64,000 nucleotides of DNA from Candidatus Omnitrophota bacterium. Lineage in GTDB: Bacteria > Omnitrophota > Gorgyraeia > Zapsychrales > Zapsychraceae. The notes below the pieces were generated by a model. It was not told the DNA's origin. It saw only the letters and a program-made list of their open reading frames with translations, and did not search any database. Position 1 is the stretch's first letter; each line of letters opens with the position of its first letter. Of the stretch, positions 1 through 9,500 are shown in pieces. The position numbers were made by a program, and so were the translations under genes. The stretch lies in assembly GCA_015233195.1 (NCBI GenBank), contig JADFYE010000008.1, positions 11,470 to 75,469 on the forward strand, in the 5' to 3' direction.

Positions 1-735
1 CCCAAAAAATTAGGTGTTGATTTAGGCATTATTGCAGGAGATCTATTGTCAACCTTATCAGTTGAAGCGCTGTTATCTGTAGATGAAAAACCAGAACGCA
101 AACAAACCGCTCTCGCATATTTCACGCAGACTACTATATATACAGCCATAGGCGAACTAATCGATACAGTCTATGGATTTGAGCCCCTTAAAAAAATTTC
201 AGAAGAAAAAGTTTATCTAAATTACACGCTTAAAACTTCACGCTATACTTTTGAAGGCCCGCTGATCATTGGCGCGGCATTAGCCGGAGCACCAAACAGC
301 GAGATCAAAAAATTATCTGAATTAAGTATTTTGGCAGGACAAGCATTTCAAATTCAAGACGATGTAATCGGAATATTCGGCACAGAAAAAAGCATTGGAA
401 AATCAATATTAAGCGATCTAGAAGAATCGAAAAAAACTTTGCTAGTATGCCACGCCTTCCACAATTTAAAAGGCAAAAACAAAAAACAATTCATTGCGAT
501 TTTCACGAAAAAACACAAAACATTAGATGATCTAAGCGAGATTAAAAAATTATTATTAAAATTCGGTTCATTACAATATTGTTTAACTGAGACGAGCAAA
601 CGACTTACTAAAGCATTGAAACTTTTAAATAATTCAAAACTTAAACCAGCGGTCTGCAAAGAGATCAGCCAAGTCATAAATTCCCCATTTAAACCAAGCG
701 TAGAATTAGCAAAAGAACGTGGATTGAATTTTTAG
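1..735 (+). CDS. polyprenyl diphosphate synthase (IspA/GGPP synthase family), 5' end cut by window edge
   Basis: Frame 1 is open from nt 1 (PKKLGVDLGIIAGDLL...). Second Asp-rich motif FQIQDDVIG followed by GKSILSDLEESKKT. The track start at 46 is only an internal TTG. Confidence 0.85.
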   Translation, partial: PKKLGVDLGIIAGDLLSTLSVEALLSVDEKPERKQTALAYFTQTTIYTAIGELIDTVYGFEPLKKISEEKVYLNYTLKTSRYTFEGPLIIGAALAGAPNSEIKKLSELSILAGQAFQIQDDVIGIFGTEKSIGKSILSDLEESKKTLLVCHAFHNLKGKNKKQFIAIFTKKHKTLDDLSEIKKLLLKFGSLQYCLTETSKRLTKALKLLNNSKLKPAVCKEISQVINSPFKPSVELAKERGLNF

Positions 736-1839
736 TTAATACAAGCGCGCGCAAATTTCGTCCAACACTATTCTTCCCTTATCAGTAGCTGCCAAAACAT
801 CTCCAAACCTCTCTAAAAAACCATCCCTAACAAACTGCGCGATCAACGTGTTTTCCTCGTCAGATAAATACTCATTAAATCGTTTTTCAATCGCTTTAAC
901 ATTCACCCCCGCATTCATGCGTAATCCTAAAAGTAAGGTCTCTTTAAAACGAGTACGATTATCCAAAAATTCTTCGCCCTCAATCGCCCGACCAGTATTT
1001 TGGATTGCGTTCATATAATCACTGAATTTACTATAATTCCAATACCTGTGCCCGCTAATATGCGAATGCGCTGCCACACCTAATCCAATATAATCACCGC
1101 CCTGCCAATAATTAAAATTATGCCGCGATGCAAATCCTAGACGATAATAATTACTAACCTCATACTGCGCGTATCCATTTTTTTTCAAAGTTTCATTTAC
1201 AAAAAAATAATATTTCGCAAATTTTTCTTTGCCCACAGTCGGTTCTTGTCTGACTTTAAACAAACTATTGGTATCAACACTTAAAGCGTAAATTGAAATA
1301 TGGTCGCATCCCAGCCCAATTACGGCATTTAGATCATGCTCTAATTCCCGAGGGGTTTGATCTTTAAACCCAAACATCAAATCCACACTTACATTTTTAA
1401 AACCTGCTTTTCGCAGAAGTGTTATCGCGTTCTTGCTGTCTTGTGCATTATGAGCTCTCCCCAAATACTTCAAATATTTTTCATCAAAAGTCTGTACCCC
1501 AACACTTACCCGGTTAACGCCCGCGTTTAACATCGCGTTAATTTTATCATCAGTAATATTTTCCGGATTTAGCTCGATTGCTACTTCCGCGTTAGGACTG
1601 ATAATAAAATTCCGACGAACACCGAAAAAAAGTTTTTGGATTTGTTCTACAGCTAATATTCCGGGAGTACCGCCTCCGACGTAAAGCGTATCAATGTCTG
1701 AACCTTTGTACGCCATTGACTCTTTAAATAAATTTTCTAAATACTCATCCGTATCTTTTTCTCTCCCAACTACAACCGAGAAGGAACAGTAAAAACACTT
1801 CTGTTTACAGAAAGGAATGTGAATATAAAGTGATTTCAT
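736..1839 (-). CDS. hemW: radical SAM family heme chaperone / oxygen-independent coproporphyrinogen-III oxidase-like protein
   Basis: N-terminal YIHIPFCKQKCFYCSF (CxxxCxxC radical SAM cluster), GGGTP motif, HemN C-terminal-like tail. Confidence 0.85.
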   Translation of the reverse strand: MKSLYIHIPFCKQKCFYCSFSVVVGREKDTDEYLENLFKESMAYKGSDIDTLYVGGGTPGILAVEQIQKLFFGVRRNFIISPNAEVAIELNPENITDDKINAMLNAGVNRVSVGVQTFDEKYLKYLGRAHNAQDSKNAITLLRKAGFKNVSVDLMFGFKDQTPRELEHDLNAVIGLGCDHISIYALSVDTNSLFKVRQEPTVGKEKFAKYYFFVNETLKKNGYAQYEVSNYYRLGFASRHNFNYWQGGDYIGLGVAAHSHISGHRYWNYSKFSDYMNAIQNTGRAIEGEEFLDNRTRFKETLLLGLRMNAGVNVKAIEKRFNEYLSDEENTLIAQFVRDGFLERFGDVLAATDKGRIVLDEICARLY

Positions 1840-2022
1840 AATGAATTAAGCCCCTCCATAAAAACTAAAATCGTATTTTTATCATCATAACACTATTCCG
1901 ACGGAAAATTTTATTTTTTTAATGAAAAAATTTTCAAAAATTTTTTATTTATGTTTGAAAACAGAAAAATTAGAGTTACTATAACAATTGACAATTCAAT
2001 AAACCCAAAAGGAGGAATTGAA

Positions 2023-2088
2023 ATGGCCACAGCAAAAAAAGCAGCTAAAAAACCTGCAAAAAAAGTTGCAAAAAAAAAGAAAAAGTAG
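2023..2088 (+). CDS. 21-aa lysine/alanine-rich micro-ORF (MATAKKAAKKPAKKVAKKKKK)
   Basis: ATG at 2023 lies 7 nt after a perfect GGAGG (2011-2015). Stop is TAG at 2086-2088, followed by a strong terminator hairpin at 2104-2128. Not in the ORF track because it is under 60 aa. Confidence 0.45.
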   Translation: MATAKKAAKKPAKKVAKKKKK

Positions 2089-2100
2089 TTTTCTTCAATA

Positions 2101-2135
2101 AAAAGACCCTCTAGATTTTAGAGGGTCTTTTTTTA
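2101..2135. terminator. bidirectional rho-independent terminator
   Basis: Stem agaccctct (2104-2112) / agagggtct (2120-2128). A-run upstream and T-run 2129-2135 downstream. Sits between convergent genes. Confidence 0.75.
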
Positions 2136-2183
2136 TCTCTTTACTTACCAAAAACTCATGCTTCCTATCCAAATTACAACCGA

Positions 2184-2471
2184 TTATTTTTTCTTAGCTA
2201 TTTTTTTAGCTGCAGGCTTCGAACTTTTTGAAACTGTTGCTTTTTTAGCGGTAGACTTATCATTGTCTTTTTTAGTATTCTTCACTTGCGCGTATTTCTG
2301 CGGCAGATTATATTTCATCCATTCCATAGCATACAATTTAAGCCATTCATCCGTAGCCCGTTCAATCCCAATGCTATAACCGGCTTTTTGACTTTCGATC
2401 CAGAGATGCTTGTTGATCTCTTCGATAACTTCCTTATTTTGTAATAATGCGCGTAACTCGTTTAATTTCAT
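2184..2471 (-). CDS. hypothetical small protein with lysine-rich (histone H1-like) C-terminal tail
   Basis: ATG at 2471 is preceded by an AAGGGGG RBS; the track start at 2522 has none. Sequence runs MKLNELRALLQNKEV...WIESQKAGYSIG... and ends in STAKKATVSKSSKPAAKKIAKKK. Confidence 0.65.
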   Translation of the reverse strand: MKLNELRALLQNKEVIEEINKHLWIESQKAGYSIGIERATDEWLKLYAMEWMKYNLPQKYAQVKNTKKDNDKSTAKKATVSKSSKPAAKKIAKKK

Positions 2472-2573
2472 TTTGCCCCCTTTTGAGTATGTGTTAACTT
2501 TGACAGCGCTCACATTATACAAAAATTTTAATTAAATACAACTATTTTTTATTTGTGCTTTGTTGTAACTATT

Positions 2574-3266
2574 TTATTCTCTATTGTTTATCACCCTAAC
2601 CAAAATCGCGCCGATTTCAAATAAAACAAGCATCGGCACAGCTAACATTAGCTGCGAAACCACATCCGGAGGGGTTAATATCGCGCTGACAATAAATATC
2701 CCCACATAAATATATTTACGTAATGCCACAATTTGCGGATAACCGATGATCTTAATAAAAGCTAATAAACTCATGACCAAAGGAAGCAAAAAAATCACGC
2801 CAGTATACAACACTATGACTAACCAAAAACTCAAATAATTGCTGACAGTTATCATTGGCACAAATTTATCTGAAGCAGCACTCAATAAAAAATTTAATCC
2901 TACTGGAACCGCAATATACTGCCCAAACGCCACGCCTGAAATAAAAAATGTCGACGATAACAACGATAATACTAATAATCCCCTGCCAGATTTTTTACCC
3001 AGAGCTGGACGGATAAACGCCCATATTTGCCAAGCAATTATTGGAAAACCAAATATGACTCCGCCTAAAAAAGATATGGACATGCGGGCTGTGAATATTT
3101 CCATCGGGTCATTGAACACCGCGAATTTTATCGGCTCAGTAATTTTTTCTAGAACCAACAAACTTAACGGATAAAAACCGAAAGAAAAAGCGAACCATAC
3201 AATCAAACATATCAATATACGTCGCCTAAGTTCAGCTAAATGCGCGAATAATGAGTTAGCTTCCAT
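2574..3266 (-). CDS. tatC: twin-arginine translocase subunit TatC
   Basis: HLAELRRRILICLIVW N-terminus and a six-TM TatC-like profile. Adjacent to tatA. Confidence 0.9.
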   Translation of the reverse strand: MEANSLFAHLAELRRRILICLIVWFAFSFGFYPLSLLVLEKITEPIKFAVFNDPMEIFTARMSISFLGGVIFGFPIIAWQIWAFIRPALGKKSGRGLLVLSLLSSTFFISGVAFGQYIAVPVGLNFLLSAASDKFVPMITVSNYLSFWLVIVLYTGVIFLLPLVMSLLAFIKIIGYPQIVALRKYIYVGIFIVSAILTPPDVVSQLMLAVPMLVLFEIGAILVRVINNRE

Positions 3267-3270
3267 TAAT

Positions 3271-3456
3271 TTAATCTTTATCTTTTGTCTTATCTTTGTC
3301 GTCGCTGGATTTATCGGCAGGAGTATTCATGGCTTTCTTAAATTCCTGAATAGCATTACCTATTGCGCGCGCTAATTCCGGAAGTTTTTTCGGACCAAAT
3401 AAAAGAAGCGCGACCAGCAAAACTACAACTATTTCACCAAAACCAATCCTTCCCAT
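3271..3456 (-). CDS. tatA: twin-arginine translocase subunit TatA/E
   Basis: GFGEIVVVLLVALLLFGPKKLPELARAIG: canonical TatA TM plus amphipathic helix. Confidence 0.9.
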   Translation of the reverse strand: MGRIGFGEIVVVLLVALLLFGPKKLPELARAIGNAIQEFKKAMNTPADKSSDDKDKTKDKD

Positions 3457-3469
3457 AATATTCTCCTTT

Positions 3470-4501
3470 TTAACTTTTCATTCTGACAAAAACAACCACC
3501 ACCAAACTTGCTATAAAAGCCAACACATTCATTATTCCAACTGCGAATAAATTTTGAGAGAAGCCATATATAGCCCACAACAAAAAACCAAAAGATGTCA
3601 TAAGCAGCGGCAAAATAGCACTCATACCAAATTCCGCCAAACCCGACGCCAAATATAACCATAAAAATATTCCAATAATCACACAAAGCCCAGCAACATA
3701 ACCTACCAATGATTTTTCCGATACAGTTTTATCATGTAAGCTGTTATCTACTACTTTTTGCTGTTCAGAATTTACTTTAGCTTCTGCAGGCTTAATAACA
3801 ACTCCGGATTTTGGTTTCGGTAAACTTTTTGCCTCTTTGGCAGCAGCATCCTCAGATAAGCTTGGACTCTCAGCTACGCTCGTCGTTGCTGCAACACTTT
3901 TGTCGCCTGATGCTTTATAAAAACCCTGATGAAACCCACTCCGCAAAGGTCGAGCAGCAAACAAAAGAATCAAAATAAAAACCAATGCCCCTAAAAACGC
4001 GGCAGTAATTTTAGAAATTTCTATACGACCTTGAAGTTTGCCTTCGCTGATATTCGCCTCAACGTCAGTGATAAATTTGCTGATTAAAAACCAATCTATC
4101 ACCATCCAGAAAATTAATATGCAAATTTTCCACCAAATCAAAGTACTAATTAATCCTGCTTGTTTCCCCAACTCGCCCTGGTCCAGCCACAAAGCATAAA
4201 CAATGCCGTAAGTAACCAAAAACATTAACGGCCAGCCTGCAAATAACCAATATTTCGCCCAACGCTGAATACGCGCCACGCCTATCCCTACAGCAATATG
4301 CCAAACGCTCCTCACAAATATCGCTAACCCAAGTAAAAGTACAGTTTCTTGCGGTACAACATACATCCCTGATTCTGGTTTACGCGCTATGAATTCCCAA
4401 AAAAAATACCCGGAAGACAAAGCTGTCAACTGAGCCACGCCTAATATCATCCGGCATAAACCATAAATCTCGAGAACAAGTTTTTTGATTTGGGTCGTCA
4501 T
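3470..4501 (-). CDS. multi-pass membrane protein, unknown function
   Basis: Long ORF with several hydrophobic helices at both ends and an Ala/Ser/Lys-rich linker in the middle. No family recognised. Confidence 0.65.
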   Translation of the reverse strand: MTTQIKKLVLEIYGLCRMILGVAQLTALSSGYFFWEFIARKPESGMYVVPQETVLLLGLAIFVRSVWHIAVGIGVARIQRWAKYWLFAGWPLMFLVTYGIVYALWLDQGELGKQAGLISTLIWWKICILIFWMVIDWFLISKFITDVEANISEGKLQGRIEISKITAAFLGALVFILILLFAARPLRSGFHQGFYKASGDKSVAATTSVAESPSLSEDAAAKEAKSLPKPKSGVVIKPAEAKVNSEQQKVVDNSLHDKTVSEKSLVGYVAGLCVIIGIFLWLYLASGLAEFGMSAILPLLMTSFGFLLWAIYGFSQNLFAVGIMNVLAFIASLVVVVFVRMKS

Positions 4502-4503
4502 TT

Positions 4504-5778
4504 TTATTTTCGTCCAAGCAAGACGAACATTTTTTTCTTATACGCTTCAACGCCCGGCTGATCAAACGGATTAACTTCAGATAAATAACCTGACATACCA
4601 ACTGCTTTTTCAAAGAAATAATATAAATGCCCTAAATTAAAAACATCAGCCATATCTATATTAATAGTCATACTGGGAATACCGCCCTCAAAATGCGCTG
4701 ATGAAGTTGCCTGATACGCTTTCTTATTTACAAAATCCAGCTCTTTACCTGCCACAAAATTAAAATCATCCAAATTTTCCTCGTCTTCTGGAACCAATAC
4801 CGATCGTTTTGATTTTTCAATCATAACAAACGTCTCAAATATATTCCGCATCCCATCCTGCATTAATTGACCCATAGAATGCAGATCTGTAGAAAAAATC
4901 ATAGACGCTGGAAATATGCCTTTGCCGTCTTTGCCTTCGCTCTCACCATAAAGCTGTTTCCACCATTCACAAACAAAAGCCATGTTGTCATAAAATGAAG
5001 ACAACACCTCAATAACCTTGCCTTTTTGATAAAGCACATGCCGGTAAGCCGCATATTGATACGCTGTATTTTTTTCAAAATCCTTTATAGAATACTCTTT
5101 TTCTGCAGCTTGCGCGCCTGCCACGAATTTGCGGATATCAACTCCTGCCACTGCCAAAGGTACTAACCCAACTGGAGTTAAAATTGAAAATCTGCCGCCC
5201 ACATCATCCGGAATTACAAAAGAGCGATAACTATTTTTTTGAGCGATCTTAAGCAAGGCGCCTTTTTTAGCGTCGGTAACGCAAATAATACGGTCTTTCA
5301 ACTGCTCTTGCCCGTATTTTTCCAACATAAATTTTTTAACAATTCTAAAAGCAATAGCCGGTTCAGTAGTAGTGCCGGATTTTGAAATAACCACAACTGT
5401 AATCCGTTTATCTTTAACTTCGTCTAACAAATTAGCCAAATAATCAGCGCAAATATTATGCCCCACATAATAAACCGGTATCTTAGCAGCGTCGCGTAAA
5501 AATTCAACCGTAGCCCGGATACCTAAATATGAACCTCCAATACCGATCGAAATCAGACAATCAGAATTTTCCCGGACTTTTTTTCCCAAATCTTCAAGCT
5601 CATCAATTAACGCCGGTTTAATCGACGACGGTAAATTGATCCAACCCAAATAATCACTACCCTTGCCAGTTTTATTATGCAGATCTTTATGCGCTTTTTG
5701 AATCTGAGGCGCTATTTTTTCAATATCTTTAGGACTTACAAAACCCTTTAAAAGGTCTTTATTCAAAGTTAAAACCAT
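4504..5778 (-). CDS. pgi: glucose-6-phosphate isomerase (short bacterial type)
   Basis: GIGGSYLG and SKSGTTTEP motifs. ATG at 5778 with an AAGGAG RBS. The 30-aa extension in the track (to 5868) is translation of a palindromic repeat. Confidence 0.9.
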   Translation of the reverse strand: MVLTLNKDLLKGFVSPKDIEKIAPQIQKAHKDLHNKTGKGSDYLGWINLPSSIKPALIDELEDLGKKVRENSDCLISIGIGGSYLGIRATVEFLRDAAKIPVYYVGHNICADYLANLLDEVKDKRITVVVISKSGTTTEPAIAFRIVKKFMLEKYGQEQLKDRIICVTDAKKGALLKIAQKNSYRSFVIPDDVGGRFSILTPVGLVPLAVAGVDIRKFVAGAQAAEKEYSIKDFEKNTAYQYAAYRHVLYQKGKVIEVLSSFYDNMAFVCEWWKQLYGESEGKDGKGIFPASMIFSTDLHSMGQLMQDGMRNIFETFVMIEKSKRSVLVPEDEENLDDFNFVAGKELDFVNKKAYQATSSAHFEGGIPSMTINIDMADVFNLGHLYYFFEKAVGMSGYLSEVNPFDQPGVEAYKKKMFVLLGRK

Positions 5779-5800
5779 ATCAAATCTCCTTTTATAAAAA

Positions 5801-5862
5801 AAACCAGAACCAACCCCGGGGGTTGGTTCTACAGAACCAACCCCCGGGGTTGGTTCTGGTTT
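5801..5862. repeat. two tandem ~25-nt palindromes with CCCCGGGGG core (agaaccaaccccgggggttggttct x2) nested in aaacc/ggttt
   Basis: Read directly: units at 5806-5830 and 5833-5857. On the minus strand a T-run follows, immediately upstream of the pgi RBS. Confidence 0.9.
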
Positions 5863-5941
5863 AAACACGTATTAGTTAAACAAAAATAACGTCGAAAAGC
5901 AATATAAATATGCTATTTGATATGGAGAGAAGAACAGAGAC

Positions 5942-5996
5942 AAAAAAAAGACGGCACAAGCAACGTATCGGAGGAAACGTTAAAGCTTGCGCCGTC
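5942..5996 (-). terminator. rho-independent terminator of the lipoprotein gene
   Basis: 12-bp stem gacggcacaagc (5950-5961) / gcttgcgccgtc (5985-5996) with one mismatch. On the minus strand an 8-nt T-run follows (5942-5949). Confidence 0.75.
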
Positions 5997-6012
5997 AAAT
6001 ATCGGCTAATAA

Positions 6013-6276
6013 TTACAAATTTTTAAAAGCAAAAGCTACTCTATCATTCCTAAACATTACACTCTTATCATGCCCTTGTGAACGATACGGATATCCAAAA
6101 TAATGCCAAGCTTCTTCGCCTGGTCTTTTGTCACCGCTGTTCATGGCAGTCTTCACCATATCCGGACTACCCCAAATTGCTTGTACTTGAGCTTTACTCA
6201 TACCTTTTTTAATAGGAACAGACGTACACCCTGCAGCAAAAACACACAACAAAATAACCAAAAGTAACTTTTTCAT
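6013..6276 (-). CDS. small lipoprotein, BamE/SmpA-OmlA-like
   Basis: Lipobox LLCVFAAGC. GMSKAQVQAIWGSPD resembles the SmpA_OmlA core. RBS is AAGGGGGGG. Confidence 0.55.
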   Translation of the reverse strand: MKKLLLVILLCVFAAGCTSVPIKKGMSKAQVQAIWGSPDMVKTAMNSGDKRPGEEAWHYFGYPYRSQGHDKSVMFRNDRVAFAFKNL

Positions 6277-6587
6277 AGCCCCCCCTTTTTTTATATCTCA
6301 AAAACCGTGGCTGGTTTTTTTATATTTTTTAAAACTCCCCCCGATTTTCAAAGAACCCCCCGCCCCTTAAAACAGGAAAGCCCCCGACTCTACAAAGAAT
6401 CGGAGGCAAAAAATGCATTGCTTTTTGGGCAACCCAGCCTCCCTATTCCTAGGGACTGTCGGCTTTCCGTCCCCTGGTTACTCAGGGTTTGGCTTTTTCC
6501 AACACCATCACTTCACAATTAAGTATGCCACACTAAAATACAAAAAAACAAGGGCATTTCAGCTCATCAAAGAAAGCGGTTACTTTA

Positions 6588-9500
6588 CTATTCCAATCCC
6601 AACATAGGTAACGGACTCGGGATTGAAATAATCCGCAGAATAATTCCCTCAACACCAAGAAGATTTCCTTTTTGAAATTCAGCTACCATGGCAGGGTTGA
6701 ACCTGAAAGGTTCATCCTGAGCGAGTCCATCCGGACGAGTCGAAGGACTACCATTTTTAATAACATCCAACCCCATTTTATTACCGTTTAATTCAATACC
6801 ACCGTTTACAATGGCTTTATCAGCTTCGTCTACCCGCTCAAAAAAGAAATTACTATCTGTTTCTGCACCAAAAAAAGTAAACCTTCCAGCTGCAGTAACA
6901 GGACGCCTAATCACTATTTCTATTCCCTTGCCTGATTCTGATAAAACGTCAAACAACCCGTGCTCATAAGAAACGTCATTTACTGTACGTTCATCAGAAG
7001 TTACCTCAAAACCAATAAATCTATTTTCATCTGTGGGGTCATATAACCTTTTTATAGTTATAAAAAAAGATTTGCCCTCATAAGGAGTATCAAAATTAGG
7101 CGTTACCATATATTTCGCTACCTGTTGATTCCCTGAAAATGGAAACCTATGAACTTCTTTAGTTCCATCAACTGTAAAACTATTTTCATCGTCTTGATGA
7201 TTCTCTGCTGACGCCTGCATAGCCAAGTCATTGCCTTTCACAGCAGCCGTATCTACCATAGCTTTATCTACCCGATCAAACACATAACTTACTGACCCTG
7301 TTCCTGAATAAAAGAAAAATGATCCCATAACATTATCAAATTCCGGAACCTCAATGATTATTTTTTCATCACTAGATACTGAAGAAAGTTTTATTTCCTT
7401 TCCCAGAGCAGGACTCTTACTTACTGTCCACTCGTCAGAACACATGACCTCAAACCCCAAAAACTTACCCAGTGAATATTTTTTTTCAAAAGTTACAAAA
7501 AATATTTTTCCAGTACTTGATTTAACTTGATATTTTACTTTCAGCTCATTATTTATAAATAACTGTTTAACAACGCTTCGTTCTGCTCCACTACTAACCG
7601 TAAAATCATGCCTAAACACATTACCGCTTTCTCTTGCCTTTTTAAGCAAATTATTCAATATGTCACTATCCTTAAATAAAGGAACTTCCTGCGTTAAATA
7701 CTGCAGCCGTTCTGCCGCAGCAATAGCTGCTGTTTTCACAGCTTCATTGTTATTTTCTGATGCAAAATTTATAGCTAATTGAATACGTTTCCAGATCCCT
7801 TTCCTGGTTCCAGATATATCATCTTCATTAAACCCTTCCAATCGTATACTCTCTAAAGCTGCAAATTTTGCCCATGGACCATAGTTATCTTGAAGAATAA
7901 TTGCAGCAAATAAAAATGTTCTTTGTTGTTTTTCTATATCAGTTAATCCGCCAAAATCAGCCCAACTTCTAATTGCTAAAGCAATATCTGCATCTGAATT
8001 AGTCTCTGGCTTTGTCAGAACGCCCAATAACCTTACTTTTTCTTTTGCTAAATCTGCTTCTGACACCTGCATCGCAGCGTCTGGAGCGATACGTTCTAAA
8101 TTAAAAGTCATTTCCTTTAATTCTGAATTAAGGGAAGCACCACGGGGATTAGGGACCATATAAAAAATACCCCATAATTTATCACTCGCCATAAAAGAAT
8201 CATAATACACGCTATCAGGTACCATTGCCTGCCCCTCAATAAACGTTGTAACAATGTCTTTTGGAATTTTTACAAGATTATCCCCTTCAACTTTCATAAT
8301 AACTACTGGTTCTGCCGTATTTTTCTTTTGGGTAAATAATATCAGCCCGCGACCAGACGCAATAACATCTCCGCTATCTAAAATTACATTCTCTAAAATT
8401 TGTCCATTAACCAACAAACCCCAGGTGTTATCATGCTTGAAAGACTGAATCTTAATCAACCGGTTGCCCGCAAGTACCAAATTAAAATATTCCATAGCTG
8501 CAGCTGAAGAAACTGGAAAACTAAAGCCTTCCATACGAGGATAAAAACGTTGTTTGCCAGCAGCAAAACCATAAAGAAAGAAATTTTTAACAATTTCAGG
8601 TTTTTTTGAAAAAGCATCTCCCAATAATTTTAAAAAATTTGACGGGGAAAGATCTATTCGCTCCATACCATCACGACTCATATCAATAATATAAAAACAA
8701 GACAAAGCTATCTGATCCGGTTTAACTGGTTTGCGTTCAAAATCAACCGCGTAAACAACTTCACCATGCTTCTTAAAATTTTCGTTAAGATAAAGCGACT
8801 CATGATCAGCAATTACAGTTAAAAGACTCTGCGCATAAATTGATTGTCCTAAAAATTCTTGAGTTAAAAGCAGTACCCACTTAGGATCTATACCTGCAGT
8901 TCCCAATTTAGCCAAAACTGCTTGCGCATCAGCATCTAATTTCAAAGCTTCAACTCTTTTCTGATCATCTGCATCCATTTGTACATTCATCGCAGCGTCG
9001 GTCTTTTTAAAAGTTACTCTATCTTGTGTAACCGTAAGCACCTGCATCGTTCCAAAATTCTTATCATAGTCTATAATATAATCATAAGCGCCAAGAAGTA
9101 CTGGTCGCCTTATTGGAACTACTGATCCTTGAGTTTCATATGTTACCGAAATTACAGCTTTTAAATCATCTCTACGCTCTACATGTAAAAAATAATCCTT
9201 CCCTAAAGGATATTTTTCACCAACTGCAACCGTGAATATTTCTTCTGAACCCGCTAAAATAAACGGTAACGGCAATATTTGTTGTCCGGTTTTTACACTT
9301 CTTTGATAATCCCCATACGAAAATAACTGAGTATCAAATATATGTTCAATCATTTGACCTGTTTCAAACCGGTTATTCCATCTTCCCCAATATGAACTCG
9401 AAGAATACGCGGCATATGGACTGCGATCTACAATCCCACCCTGCCACATCGCATGAAAATCCTCTCTGGAAAATCCTAACGTATACAAATCTTTTGTTGG

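Noticed and set aside
1955-1993. Sigma-70-like promoter (TTGAAA-N17-ACTATA at 1955-1983; TTGACA at 1988-1993) for the micro-ORF
   Set aside because: AT-rich sequence gives many such matches by chance, and the -10 elements are imperfect. It is plausible but not supportable as a feature without TSS data.
5779-5868. N-terminal 30-aa extension of pgi (MFKPEPTPGVGSVEPTPGVGSGFFYKRRFD)
   Set aside because: The duplicated PTPGVGS peptide is a translation of the tandem palindromes. A canonical AAGGAG-ATG start is present at 5778.
6380-6520. SRP (4.5S) RNA or RNase P RNA on the minus strand, suggested by CCAGGGGACGGAAAGCCGACAG
   Set aside because: The conserved domain IV pattern (GUCC-GGAA-GGAAGCAGC with a GNRA loop and AGCA bulge) cannot be aligned. 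The RNase P P4 (GAGGAAAGUCCGGGC) and ACAGAANCCGGCUUA motifs are absent. The region is kept only as an unclassified structured/GC-rich spacer.
6572-6587. 16-nt identity gaaagcggttacttta at the 3' ends of giant gene A (6572-6587) and purH (34527-34542)
   Set aside because: The match is real but short. It partly overlaps stop codons and resembles one arm of the GGTTAC palindromes. There is insufficient evidence for a distinct element, so it is noted only as possibly a decayed copy of the palindrome family.
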